Of a stretch of 64,000 nt of DNA, positions 48,474 through 57,277 are shown one piece after another. The notes beneath the pieces are model-generated. The model searched no databases. It worked only from the letters and a program-made list of their open reading frames with translations, and was not told where the DNA came from. The first letter of the stretch is position 1. The number at the start of each line of letters is the position of its first letter. The translations under genes and the position numbers were made by a program. Source of the DNA: Negativicutes bacterium (lineage in GTDB: Bacteria > Bacillota > Negativicutes > UBA1444); the NCBI GenBank assembly GCA_963665275.2, contig CAXXIN010000001.1, forward strand, positions 64,001-128,000, written 5' to 3'.

Positions 48474-49040
48474 CTATTTCAAATCACCATCTTTGTAATA
48501 GCGGGTCCCCTTGGCTGTGATTTCTGCCGCCAGGCCTTTTTTGGTCAACTGGTACATCCACACGCCCGGAGATACCGAGGCGGCGCCTGCCATGGATCCG
48601 CCGTTAACGTTATCCGTGGCCGCGAGAGTGGCCTGACCGCCAAACTCCCAACCTTGGTTCACGAAGGTATTCAGGGCCTCTTCGGTTTCAAAAACAAAGA
48701 TAACGCTGAACTCCTTTACGCCAAACCCCAGTCCAACTTGAAATTCAACCATTTTCATAAAGGTTTCGGCCTTGTCATTGTTGTTTACCGCGAGACCTTT
48801 TCCTTTGCCGCCGCCAGTAATGAAAATTTTTGTGCCGATGTTGTTGAACACGGCATACCCCGCATTCCCTTCGACCGCATCTTGGGCGGCAGGCTGAAGC
48901 TTATAGAGACTTTGCAGAGTCTCTGCCACCGCTTTGCGTACGGCATCTTTCTTTTCGTCCACGGTAGCAGCGCTGGCGGCCGAACTCATCAACGTGAGCA
49001 TTGCGGCAAGCATCAAGCAGGCAAGCAGTCTTTTCATCAT
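48474..49040 (-). CDS. YSC84-related (SYLF) putative lipid-binding exported protein
   Basis: Signal peptide; GYAVF, GGGKGKG, GLGFG, GWEFGGQA and TKKGLAAE motifs. Confidence 0.78.
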   Translation of the reverse strand: MMKRLLACLMLAAMLTLMSSAASAATVDEKKDAVRKAVAETLQSLYKLQPAAQDAVEGNAGYAVFNNIGTKIFITGGGKGKGLAVNNNDKAETFMKMVEFQVGLGFGVKEFSVIFVFETEEALNTFVNQGWEFGGQATLAATDNVNGGSMAGAASVSPGVWMYQLTKKGLAAEITAKGTRYYKDGDLK

Positions 49041-49085
49041 GATTTCCCTCCTTCTTAATATGTTCGAAATGCAATAATTTAGTAT

Positions 49086-49102
49086 AGCAATAAGCGTGCC
49101 AA
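49086..49102 (-). promoter_or_regulatory. Sigma-54 (-24/-12) promoter 1
   Basis: TTGGCACGCTTATTGCT on the minus strand (GG-N10-GC). Confidence 0.85.
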
Positions 49103-49240
49103 GCTTCTGCCTTTTAAACGTGTCGGTTTTATCAAATTGGAAAATTGATTAATAAGCTTGGCATTTCGCCATCTAGAGGACACCGGTATTTTTTAAAATA
49201 TTGCTGGAGGTGACGCAAAGAGAAATAAAAAAACGAATCA

Positions 49241-49286
49241 TCTCACAAAAACTTCCCATCAGAGAAGTTTTTGTGAGAAGTTTTTG
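49241..49286. promoter_or_regulatory. Palindromic upstream activator sequence, copy 1
   Basis: tctcacaaaaacttccc-atca-gagaagtttttgtgagaagtttttg; centre about 160 bp from the promoter GG. Confidence 0.75.
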
Positions 49287-49453
49287 AAACATCTCCGTGA
49301 AAATTGTTCGGCTTTTTCGTGTTTCACTAGTGCATAATCGTACTGGGGTTAGGATAATTCTGGCAAAGGAATCTGTTCAATAAACGCGAATAATAAAGCT
49401 ATTAAATATACTATAGTCTAACTATCGCAAAATTTCCAGGGCGCTTATAAATT

Positions 49454-51787
49454 TTGAAAGGTGTCATCAACTTGCATCATTCGAATGGGAAGACATTATT
49501 GCTATTTGGGTTATTGATTTTGATTCTTTTTAGCTCTTTTCAGTCTGCTTTTGCGCAAGAATCGGCGGATCAAAAAAGAGTTTTGATTCTTTGCGCTGAT
49601 GAACTGAAGTTCCCGGCTTACAAATTGTTTATCAATGGATTCGAAGAAAGGATGAATCAGCTTGGAGTCAATTCGTTGAACTACTCCTATGAGTACCTGG
49701 AATGGACGCGGCATTCATCCGACAGGAGTTATCCGGCAAAAGTCGTTGCCTACTTACAGGGAAAATACGTCCATCCGAAGCCTGACCTTGTCATAGTTCT
49801 TGGCGGACAGATCGCGCAGTTTTTTTCGGACCGCAGTCAAGACCTGTTTCCTCAAGTTCCCGTGATTTTCGCCGGCAACACCTTGTCAGCTCCCAATCCG
49901 CCGCAGATTCCAGCCACCTCTACAACGCTCCTTGCGTCGTATGACATCAAGAAAGCGATCGAAGTGATTCTGAAAATCCAACCGAAAACGAACAAAATCC
50001 ATTTGATCTATGGTGACTCTGAACCGGAACGTAGCTTGCAAGCCCAAGATTTTCGCGTATTGCAGTCGGTTGGCAATCAGGTGGAATTTATATACCTTAC
50101 GAAATTAACCGTAGCGCAGTTGCTGGAAAATGTTCGGTCGATCGAGGGTGATTCAGTCATTTTACTGCGTTCTTTGTTTCAGGACGTTTCGGGAAATTCG
50201 TTTGTGCCTGCCGATGTTGCCCGCAGGGTAAGTCAGGATTCACGAGTGCCTGTTTATGGCTCCAGTGACTCCTTCGTAGGAACAGGAGTTCTGGGAGGAT
50301 ATGTCGGCAGTAATCGGCTGATGGGGGCACGGGCAGCAGAAATGGGAATAAAAATACTTGAAGGAAAAATAGATGCTACGACGCATCGCGACGCAATCGA
50401 AAATGCAGAGTATCTATTTGACTGGCGCGCTATGCAGAGATGGGACATTAGAGAAGAACTGCTGCCGCCGGAGCGCAGGATCGCGCATAGAGAAGCTGAT
50501 ATGTGGCAAATGTATAAATGGTATATTCTCAGTGGCAGTGGATTGCTGCTGTTACAGAGTATCCTTATTTTCGCTTGGCTCATAAATAGAGCCAAGCGAA
50601 AATGGGCGGAAAGAAAACTGCAGGAAAATCAGGCAGATCTGGACAAAGAGCGTTTGCGCATCAAGCTGCTCACAGCTGGATTGGAAACGAGTTCCAACAT
50701 AGTCGTTGTATTGGATGCACAGCGAAACATCTGGTGGGCCAATGAAGCGTTTGAGTCTTTGTCCGGCTTTTCGCCGGAGGAGATTGTGGGTAAAGACGCC
50801 AAGATCCTCTTGTCTTCCAACAATCATCAGGAGATGCTTGAACAATTAAAGGACAGTTTTATAAGTCAGAGTGAATGGCGGGGTGAACTCATTGCACGTC
50901 ACAAGGACGGGAGCACCTATGTTGATGAAGTGATCGTCACACCGATTCTTGGCGAAGATAAAACAGCCTCATATTTTCTTATCGTCGGACGGGATATTAC
51001 CGAGAAGGTGAAAGCACGAGAAGCGATTCGCGCTGCGCAGGAAGCACAAATAAAGGCGGAAAAGATCTTTTCCATCGGTACCATGGCTGCAGGAATCTCC
51101 CATGAGATCAACCAGCCGCTGAATTCAATAAAAGTGATTTCCGGCGGAATTCTATATTTGCTTGCACAAGGTGAAAAACTGCAGGCAGAGGAATTTAACG
51201 AGAGCATTAAAGAAATTTCCAACCAAACCGACCGAATTTCGAATATCATTAAGCATCTGCGTTCTTTTTTCCGACGGGATGAAACCCATCTTGTGCCTTG
51301 TGATATCAATGCTTCGGTCGAAATGGCTTTTGAATTGGTGGGAAAACAGATTGCAGATCATGGAGTGATAGGGCATAAGGACTTGCAGAAGAATCTGCCA
51401 CAAGTAATGGCCAGCCCGACCGGACTGGAGGAAATCATAGTCAATTTGCTGGTTAATGCTCTGCAAGCCTTGGATACGGTGGATGGGATCGATAAAACAA
51501 TTACAGTGCGAACGTATTTCGCCGAAAATGTTATTTTAGAAGTCAGTGACAATGGTCCCGGAATTGATCCTAGCTTAAAGAAGAAAATCTTTGAAACTTT
51601 TGTGTCAACCAAACCTCAGAGTGAAAACCTGGGGTTGGGCTTGGCTATTGTTAACAACATCGTTCATTCTTATTTTGGGACTATACAGGTGTCTTCCAAC
51701 GAGCGGGCAGGCGCCACCTTTACCGTATCATTACCGGTTGTGCAGAATGTGGAAGAGGAGGCGGGTAATGAAAATGTTGCCGATTGA
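49454..51787 (+). CDS. NtrB-like sensor histidine kinase (periplasmic ABC-substrate-binding-like domain, TM, PAS/PAC, HisKA, HATPase)
   Basis: GISHEINQPLN, NLLVNA, DNGPG and GLGL motifs; PAS region ANEAFESLSGFSPEE. Confidence 0.92.
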   Translation: MKGVINLHHSNGKTLLLFGLLILILFSSFQSAFAQESADQKRVLILCADELKFPAYKLFINGFEERMNQLGVNSLNYSYEYLEWTRHSSDRSYPAKVVAYLQGKYVHPKPDLVIVLGGQIAQFFSDRSQDLFPQVPVIFAGNTLSAPNPPQIPATSTTLLASYDIKKAIEVILKIQPKTNKIHLIYGDSEPERSLQAQDFRVLQSVGNQVEFIYLTKLTVAQLLENVRSIEGDSVILLRSLFQDVSGNSFVPADVARRVSQDSRVPVYGSSDSFVGTGVLGGYVGSNRLMGARAAEMGIKILEGKIDATTHRDAIENAEYLFDWRAMQRWDIREELLPPERRIAHREADMWQMYKWYILSGSGLLLLQSILIFAWLINRAKRKWAERKLQENQADLDKERLRIKLLTAGLETSSNIVVVLDAQRNIWWANEAFESLSGFSPEEIVGKDAKILLSSNNHQEMLEQLKDSFISQSEWRGELIARHKDGSTYVDEVIVTPILGEDKTASYFLIVGRDITEKVKAREAIRAAQEAQIKAEKIFSIGTMAAGISHEINQPLNSIKVISGGILYLLAQGEKLQAEEFNESIKEISNQTDRISNIIKHLRSFFRRDETHLVPCDINASVEMAFELVGKQIADHGVIGHKDLQKNLPQVMASPTGLEEIIVNLLVNALQALDTVDGIDKTITVRTYFAENVILEVSDNGPGIDPSLKKKIFETFVSTKPQSENLGLGLAIVNNIVHSYFGTIQVSSNERAGATFTVSLPVVQNVEEEAGNENVAD

Positions 51788-51861
51788 TGGTGAACACCAT
51801 AGCCGGCAGGAGCGTTATGGTTTCTAAAGCACAGAACAAGGAAGTGAAAAAATGGGAGAGC
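51768..51861 (+). pseudogene. Decayed N-terminal remnant of a response regulator
   Basis: GAGGAGG RBS and ATG overlapping the kinase end; MKMLPIDGEHHSRQ, then with frameshifts SV.WFLK.QNKEVKKWES, resembling a REC beta1-alpha1-beta2 start. Confidence 0.55.
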
Positions 51862-51871
51862 GAACTGGGTA

Positions 51872-51921
51872 CAAAAACTTCCCACAAAAACTTCCCATGT
51901 GGGAAGTTTTTGTGGGATTTT
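51872..51921. promoter_or_regulatory. Palindromic upstream activator sequence, copy 2
   Basis: caaaaacttcccacaaaaacttccc-atgt-gggaagtttttgtgggatttt; centre about 161 bp from the promoter GG. Confidence 0.78.
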
Positions 51922-52056
51922 CCGCTTGTGTTTTTTTCTGACGCCACTAAAAAACGAAATTTATATAATATCTACTTTGGCTATATTGGTGAAATTACAA
52001 GGATGCCGTGGTTTTTCAAAGCAATAAGGAAAGTGGTAAGCAAAAAAGCATGTTTG

Positions 52057-52073
52057 TTGGCATGCTTTTTGCT
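52057..52073 (+). promoter_or_regulatory. Sigma-54 promoter 2 (sulfatase operon)
   Basis: TTGGCATGCTTTTTGCT (GG-N10-GC). Confidence 0.85.
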
Positions 52074-52170
52074 TATTAACATACATTGGCATGAATAATT
52101 GGGTATTCGAGTATAAGATTGGCTGCATTTCAAGCAGTCGATTTTAAATAGAAAGAAAGGGGAATGTAGA

Positions 52171-54591
52171 ATGCTGAAACGACACTTGGCTACCGCCACC
52201 GCCTTTTCACTGGGCCTCAATGCCCTAATGGCGCCGATCGCGTTTGCGGAAAACATCCTGCCACATCCGCCGCCCGTTTTCAAGGGTAAGATTGAATTGC
52301 GAGCCAAAGATTCGACCCCGGATTTCCCCAAACCACTGACGGCAAAACCTGGGTCCCCTAATGTTCTGATGATCCTGATCGATGACGAGGGTTTTGGAGC
52401 TTCCAGCGCCTTCGGCGGACCGGTATCGACCCCCAATCTGGATAAGTTAAAGGCGGAGGGAGTGGCATACAACCAGTTTCACACGACGGCCCTGTCCTCT
52501 CCAACCCGCGCGGCGTTGATCACCGGCCGCAACCATCATTCGGTCCATACCGGCGTTATTACAGAAGCCGCCACAGGCTTCCCCGGTTATGACACGTTGA
52601 TGAACTTCGAGACGGCGACCATCGGTGAAATCCTCAAGGACAACGGCTATTCCACCGCCTGGTTCGGCAAGAACCACAACGTCCCGGACTGGCAGACCAG
52701 CCAGGCCGGCCCGTTCGACCTGTGGCCGACCTCTCTCGGTTTCGAACATTTCTACGGCTTCCTCGGCGGAGAAACCAACCAGTGGACGCCGATCCTGTTC
52801 AACGGCACCGTTCCCATCGAGCCTTACATGGGTAATCCGGACTATCACCTGACGACCGATCTGGCCGACCAGGCGATCGCCCATATCCAGCTGCAACAAG
52901 CCCTGGATCCCAGCAAACCGTTCCTAGTCTATTTTGCACCCGGTGCAACTCATGCGCCGCACCATGCCCCGCCTGAATGGATTGCCAAGTTCAAGGGGCA
53001 GTTCGATCATGGCTGGGACAAGCAGCGCGAGATCACCTTCGTCAAACAGAAAGAAATGGGCATTATCCCGGCCGACGCTGTGCTGACCCCGCGGCCGAGC
53101 CAGATTCAGGCCTGGGATAGCGCCACCCCGGAACAGCAAAAAATGTACGCCCACATGATGGAAGTATATGCTGGATTCCTCGCCCATACCGATTACAATG
53201 TCGGCCGCGTCCTTGACCAGCTGGAAAAATCAGGCGTCAAGGACAATACCTTGGTCATCCACATCAGCGGCGACAATGGCGCCAGTGGAGAGGGCACGTT
53301 GCAGGGCTCCTTCAACGAAGCCAACTTCTTCAACGGCATTCCGGAACCTCAAGCGCTTTTAGAGAAATATATCGATCGTTGGGGCAGCAATTACACGTAT
53401 CCGCACTACCCGGTAGGCTGGGCCTGGGCGATGGATACCCCGTTCCAGTGGGTGAAGCAGGTCGCCTCCCACTACGGTGGCACCCGCAACGGCCTCGTTA
53501 TCTCCTGGCCAGCCAAAATCAAGGATGTCGGAACTATTCGCTCACAGTGGCACCATGTCATCGATATCGTGCCGACGATCCTCGAAGCCGCCGGCATCCC
53601 GCAGCCGGACATCGTGAATGGCGTTAAGCAGAAACCCATCGAGGGCGTCAGCATGGTTTATACGTTCAATGACGCCAAAGCGCTGAGCCGCCACACTACC
53701 CAATATTTTGAGATGCTAGGCAATCGCGGCATTTATCACGAAGGCTGGGTCGCCTGTACCACGCCGGCTTCGCTTCCGTGGGAAATCGGTTCATCCAAGA
53801 CCGATCCAGAAGTAATCTCCGGGTACAAGTGGGAGCTATACCATGTGGACATGGATTTCTCCGAAGCGGTGAACATGGCGGACAAGTATCCTGAGAAACT
53901 GAAAGAGTTGCAGAACCTTTTCTACGCCGAAGCTAAGAAATACAACGTCCTGCCGATGGATAACAGCAAGTTCGCGCGCCTTAACCCGATGATAAGACCG
54001 AGCCTGACCCGGGGGCGTGACACGTTCACGTACTATGCCGGCATGAACAGGATCCCGAACGGAGCATCGCCTGATGTGTTAAATCGTTCCTTCTCTATCA
54101 CTGCTGACGTGGTGATTCCGCAGAACGGCGGCAATGGAATGCTCATCACTCAAGGCGGCCGGTTCGGTGGCTATGGACTCTACATGCTGAACGGAAAACT
54201 CGTGTACACGTTCAACATGGACGGAATCTACAGCGCTGACATCGTTTCCACTGACAACGTGCCAGCCGGACGGCACACAGTCACCATGGACTTCAAATAC
54301 AACGGCGGAGGCATCGCCAAGGGCGGCACAGCCACACTGTTGGTCGACGGTGCGCAGGTCGGGCAGGGAATCGTTGCCCTCACCACCCCGGTGACCATCG
54401 CGCTCGACTCCACCCTGGATATCGGTATGGACACCGGCACGGGAATCAGCGAGACGTACACAGTTCCGTTCCGTTTTAACGGGACGCTTGAACAGGTTAC
54501 GATCAAACTTCAACCCATTGATCCGGTCGCCGAAGAAGAACTCGGAATCGTCAAACCAGCAGCAGAAATGAAAAAAAAGATCAGTGACTGA
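52171..54591 (+). CDS. Exported Ser-type arylsulfatase
   Basis: Signal peptide; PNVLMILIDDEG; SSPTRAALITGR (S-x-P-x-R); FGKNH; GDNG. Confidence 0.93.
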   Translation: MLKRHLATATAFSLGLNALMAPIAFAENILPHPPPVFKGKIELRAKDSTPDFPKPLTAKPGSPNVLMILIDDEGFGASSAFGGPVSTPNLDKLKAEGVAYNQFHTTALSSPTRAALITGRNHHSVHTGVITEAATGFPGYDTLMNFETATIGEILKDNGYSTAWFGKNHNVPDWQTSQAGPFDLWPTSLGFEHFYGFLGGETNQWTPILFNGTVPIEPYMGNPDYHLTTDLADQAIAHIQLQQALDPSKPFLVYFAPGATHAPHHAPPEWIAKFKGQFDHGWDKQREITFVKQKEMGIIPADAVLTPRPSQIQAWDSATPEQQKMYAHMMEVYAGFLAHTDYNVGRVLDQLEKSGVKDNTLVIHISGDNGASGEGTLQGSFNEANFFNGIPEPQALLEKYIDRWGSNYTYPHYPVGWAWAMDTPFQWVKQVASHYGGTRNGLVISWPAKIKDVGTIRSQWHHVIDIVPTILEAAGIPQPDIVNGVKQKPIEGVSMVYTFNDAKALSRHTTQYFEMLGNRGIYHEGWVACTTPASLPWEIGSSKTDPEVISGYKWELYHVDMDFSEAVNMADKYPEKLKELQNLFYAEAKKYNVLPMDNSKFARLNPMIRPSLTRGRDTFTYYAGMNRIPNGASPDVLNRSFSITADVVIPQNGGNGMLITQGGRFGGYGLYMLNGKLVYTFNMDGIYSADIVSTDNVPAGRHTVTMDFKYNGGGIAKGGTATLLVDGAQVGQGIVALTTPVTIALDSTLDIGMDTGTGISETYTVPFRFNGTLEQVTIKLQPIDPVAEEELGIVKPAAEMKKKISD

Positions 54592-54623
54592 TCGAAACTG
54601 CAGCCTGAAGAAGCTCCTTATGT

Positions 54624-54664
54624 AGTTAGTGCCCGCCCCGCTGGCTTCGGGGCGGGCACTAACT
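54624..54664 (+). terminator. Stem-loop after the sulfatase gene
   Basis: agttagtgcccgccccg / cggggcgggcactaact perfect stem. Confidence 0.7.
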
Positions 54665-54770
54665 CTTCATCCGTGCAGTCGAGCGCATTGCGTCCGGAAG
54701 GAAAAGCGTTCCTGATTAGCGAAGATAGGCAATGGGAAACAAATCGCAAAGCGGAAAGAACGGTGAAATA

Positions 54771-55214
54771 ATGAGAAGTTTCTCACGTATAAAATTCGGA
54801 CTATGCATGGGATTGTTGTTGATGCTGGCGCTCTGTGTGATGCAGGTGGCCTATGCTGAGGCGCCAAACGTCTGGATGGTTGTGGAGAAAGACGCCGGGC
54901 AGACAGTTCTGGTCGACCGAGCTAACGTCAAAGACCTCGGGGAGGGAATCCGGCAGGCATGGGTCCAGTTCGTTTACGCGAAAAGGACTTCGGAAGGGGC
55001 CACATCGAGCATAGGACTGTTTCATTTTGTCAGAAACCCGGACCGGTTGCGCAACGTTCAAGATGCGTTATTCGATGCGGCCGGCAATACTATCTATGTC
55101 CGCCGGCCGGAAAAAATTGAGGATTGGAGCCCGATCCCGCCTGATTCCACAGGCCTGGCAGTGATCAACTACGTTTATTCCGTTCAACCCGCCGACGCCG
55201 CCGATGGGAAGTAA
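54771..55214 (+). CDS. Exported hypothetical protein (possibly surface-adhesin-E-like)
   Basis: Signal peptide ending AYA; W...VD......W pattern and WSPIPPDS. Confidence 0.6.
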   Translation: MRSFSRIKFGLCMGLLLMLALCVMQVAYAEAPNVWMVVEKDAGQTVLVDRANVKDLGEGIRQAWVQFVYAKRTSEGATSSIGLFHFVRNPDRLRNVQDALFDAAGNTIYVRRPEKIEDWSPIPPDSTGLAVINYVYSVQPADAADGK

Positions 55215-56583
55215 TCGAACGATGTTCGCGCAGAAACCTCAGGTGCTGAACCTGCTGGTCAAACCGGTCGGTTCCGATTGCAATTTAAACTGCACCTACT
55301 GCTACTATCTTGAAAAAGAAAAACTCTATCCGGCGAAGGGCGGTCGGGTTATGAGCGACGCATTGCTGGAAAAATACATCCGGGAGTTCTTCGCATCCCA
55401 GGATTCCTCCGTCGTCCGTTTCGACTGGCACGGTGGCGAGCCAACGTTACTCGACACCGACACATTCCGCAAGATCGTGCGTTGGCAAAAGCAGTACGCT
55501 GGAGGGCGGCAGGTGGTTAACTCTTTGCAGACCAACGGTACGTTGCTGACACATGAATGGGCCAATTTTTTTCACGAGCATGGGTTTCTGATCGGCATTT
55601 CAATCGACGGGCCGAGGCACATTCATGACCGGTATCGACGGGACAAGGCTGGTGAACCAACCTTTGACCGGGTGATGCAGGGCATTGAGCTTTTAAAGCA
55701 GCATGGAGTCGAATTCAATACCCTGTCTGTAGTCAATGACTACGGAGCGGAATATGGGGTAGAAGTATATCAGTTTCTGAAAAGCATTGGCAGCCGCTAT
55801 ATGCAGTTTTCGCCGGTTGTCGAGCGGATTGACCGCGAAGCAGGACCAGGAGAATTGCGGTTGGTCGCGCCTGAGGTGGATGGCGCCATGCTGGCTCCAT
55901 GGTCAGTCGCCGCCGAAGCGTACGGGCGTTTTCTGTGCGCAATTTTCGATGAATGGGTCCAAAATGATGTTGGTTATTGCTATGTCATCACATTCGATGC
56001 AGTGCTGGCCAAATGGTGTGGGGTTGAGCCGCCCAATTGCGCGTTCGCCGACGTCTGCGGCGGTGGACCGGCTATGGAAGCCAACGGCGACATCTACATG
56101 TGCGATCATTTCGTTTATCCGGATCACCTGCTGGGGAATTTGAACGATGCCAGTATTCTCGATATGCTGGTATCGGAACGACAACTCCGTTTCGGGCAAA
56201 ACAAACAGGACTCGCTACCCAAGTATTGCCGCCGCTGTGAATATGTTTCGATCTGTGCCGGCGAGTGCCCCAAACATCGGATATCCACAACTCCCGACGG
56301 AGAAACCGGACTGAACTATCTGTGCCCAGGCTTGAAGCTGTTCTATGAACATGCCGCTCCGTATATGGATTTCATGAAACAACAATACGATGCCGGTGGT
56401 GCACCCGCCAGTGTAATGGCGTGGGCACGCCGCCTTCTCAAACCCATTGTGCCTAACTCGGTTGCCGCAATTGACTTTTCTGCCATTGGCCCATACGATC
56501 CCTGCCCCTGCGGCAGCGGGAAAAAGTATAAATTCTGCTGTCTGCCCGAAAATCGGCACACTTGCCGTACGACCAAACACTGA
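55204..56583 (+). CDS. Anaerobic sulfatase-maturating radical SAM/SPASM enzyme with SEC-C tail
   Basis: KPVGSDCNLNCTYCYY, WHGGEPTL, QTNG, SIDGP, SPASM cysteines and CPCGSGKKYKFCC. Confidence 0.94.
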   Translation: MGSNRTMFAQKPQVLNLLVKPVGSDCNLNCTYCYYLEKEKLYPAKGGRVMSDALLEKYIREFFASQDSSVVRFDWHGGEPTLLDTDTFRKIVRWQKQYAGGRQVVNSLQTNGTLLTHEWANFFHEHGFLIGISIDGPRHIHDRYRRDKAGEPTFDRVMQGIELLKQHGVEFNTLSVVNDYGAEYGVEVYQFLKSIGSRYMQFSPVVERIDREAGPGELRLVAPEVDGAMLAPWSVAAEAYGRFLCAIFDEWVQNDVGYCYVITFDAVLAKWCGVEPPNCAFADVCGGGPAMEANGDIYMCDHFVYPDHLLGNLNDASILDMLVSERQLRFGQNKQDSLPKYCRRCEYVSICAGECPKHRISTTPDGETGLNYLCPGLKLFYEHAAPYMDFMKQQYDAGGAPASVMAWARRLLKPIVPNSVAAIDFSAIGPYDPCPCGSGKKYKFCCLPENRHTCRTTKH

Positions 56584-56610
56584 GATCCTGCTTTTATCTC
56601 TAAACAGATC

Positions 56611-56668
56611 AACAAAAACTTCCCACAAAAACTTCCCGTATGGGAAGTTTTTGTGGGAAGTTTTTGTT
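56611..56668. promoter_or_regulatory. Palindromic upstream activator sequence, copy 3 (perfect 27-bp arms)
   Basis: aacaaaaacttcccacaaaaacttccc-gtat-gggaagtttttgtgggaagtttttgtt; centre about 163 bp from the promoter GG. Confidence 0.8.
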
Positions 56669-56799
56669 TGTTTCATTGCCGGACGAAGACGAACCCAAAG
56701 TTCACCAACGCCTACTTAATAGATTATTGTAGCGGAATATATAGATTTTCAGCGCTATATCAAAGCAGAAAACAAATACATAGTGAACAGCGTGTTCGG

Positions 56800-56816
56800 T
56801 TGGCATGCTTTTTGCA
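56800..56816 (+). promoter_or_regulatory. Sigma-54 promoter 3
   Basis: TTGGCATGCTTTTTGCA (GG-N10-GC). Confidence 0.85.
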
Positions 56817-56854
56817 ATGTTAACTTAATATTGGCGTGAAAGGTTGGGCACGGC

Positions 56855-57256
56855 GTGAAAATATTGTTGGTTGATGATGATGCCGGTTCCCTGCGGGGAA
56901 TGCAATTGGCGCTTACAATGTTGAAACATGATTGCGACGCCTACAGTGATCCTGTTGAAGCCGTTGCAAATTATCCCTGCTATGAATATGACCTGGTCAT
57001 TACTGATATTTGTATGCCGGTAATGAATGGCTTTGCCCTGGCAGAACAGATAAGGGGCGTTGCTTCTACATCTAAAATCATCTTCATATCGGGATATGCA
57101 GCAGAAATGATGGAAAAACAAGAGGCAGGTGAAGGCGGGATATTTCTACAAAAACCGGTTGAATTTTGCCAATTAAAAGAAGTTCTCGACAATGTTTTTG
57201 CCGAGAGCGAATTGAAAAAGGGAACAAACCTGATATCTGACAGCGATAGTAGATAA
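56855..57256 (+). CDS. Stand-alone receiver (REC) domain protein
   Basis: KILLVDDD, DLVITDICMPVMNG, ISGY and KP motifs; no output domain. Confidence 0.9.
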   Translation: MKILLVDDDAGSLRGMQLALTMLKHDCDAYSDPVEAVANYPCYEYDLVITDICMPVMNGFALAEQIRGVASTSKIIFISGYAAEMMEKQEAGEGGIFLQKPVEFCQLKEVLDNVFAESELKKGTNLISDSDSR

Positions 57257-57277
57257 ATAGAGAAAGGAGAAGCGATC

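Noticed and set aside
51784-52098. 104-aa ORF after the kinase (and 56447..56719), sharing TKTSHKNFP
   Set aside because: The shared peptide is just translation of the DNA palindrome, and 51784..52098 also spans sigma-54 promoter 2.
49241-56668. The ACAAAAACTTCCC palindromes as simple terminators or REP elements
   Set aside because: Copy 1 lies between divergent genes, and all three keep the same distance to a sigma-54 promoter. A secondary terminator role for copies 2 and 3 is not excluded.
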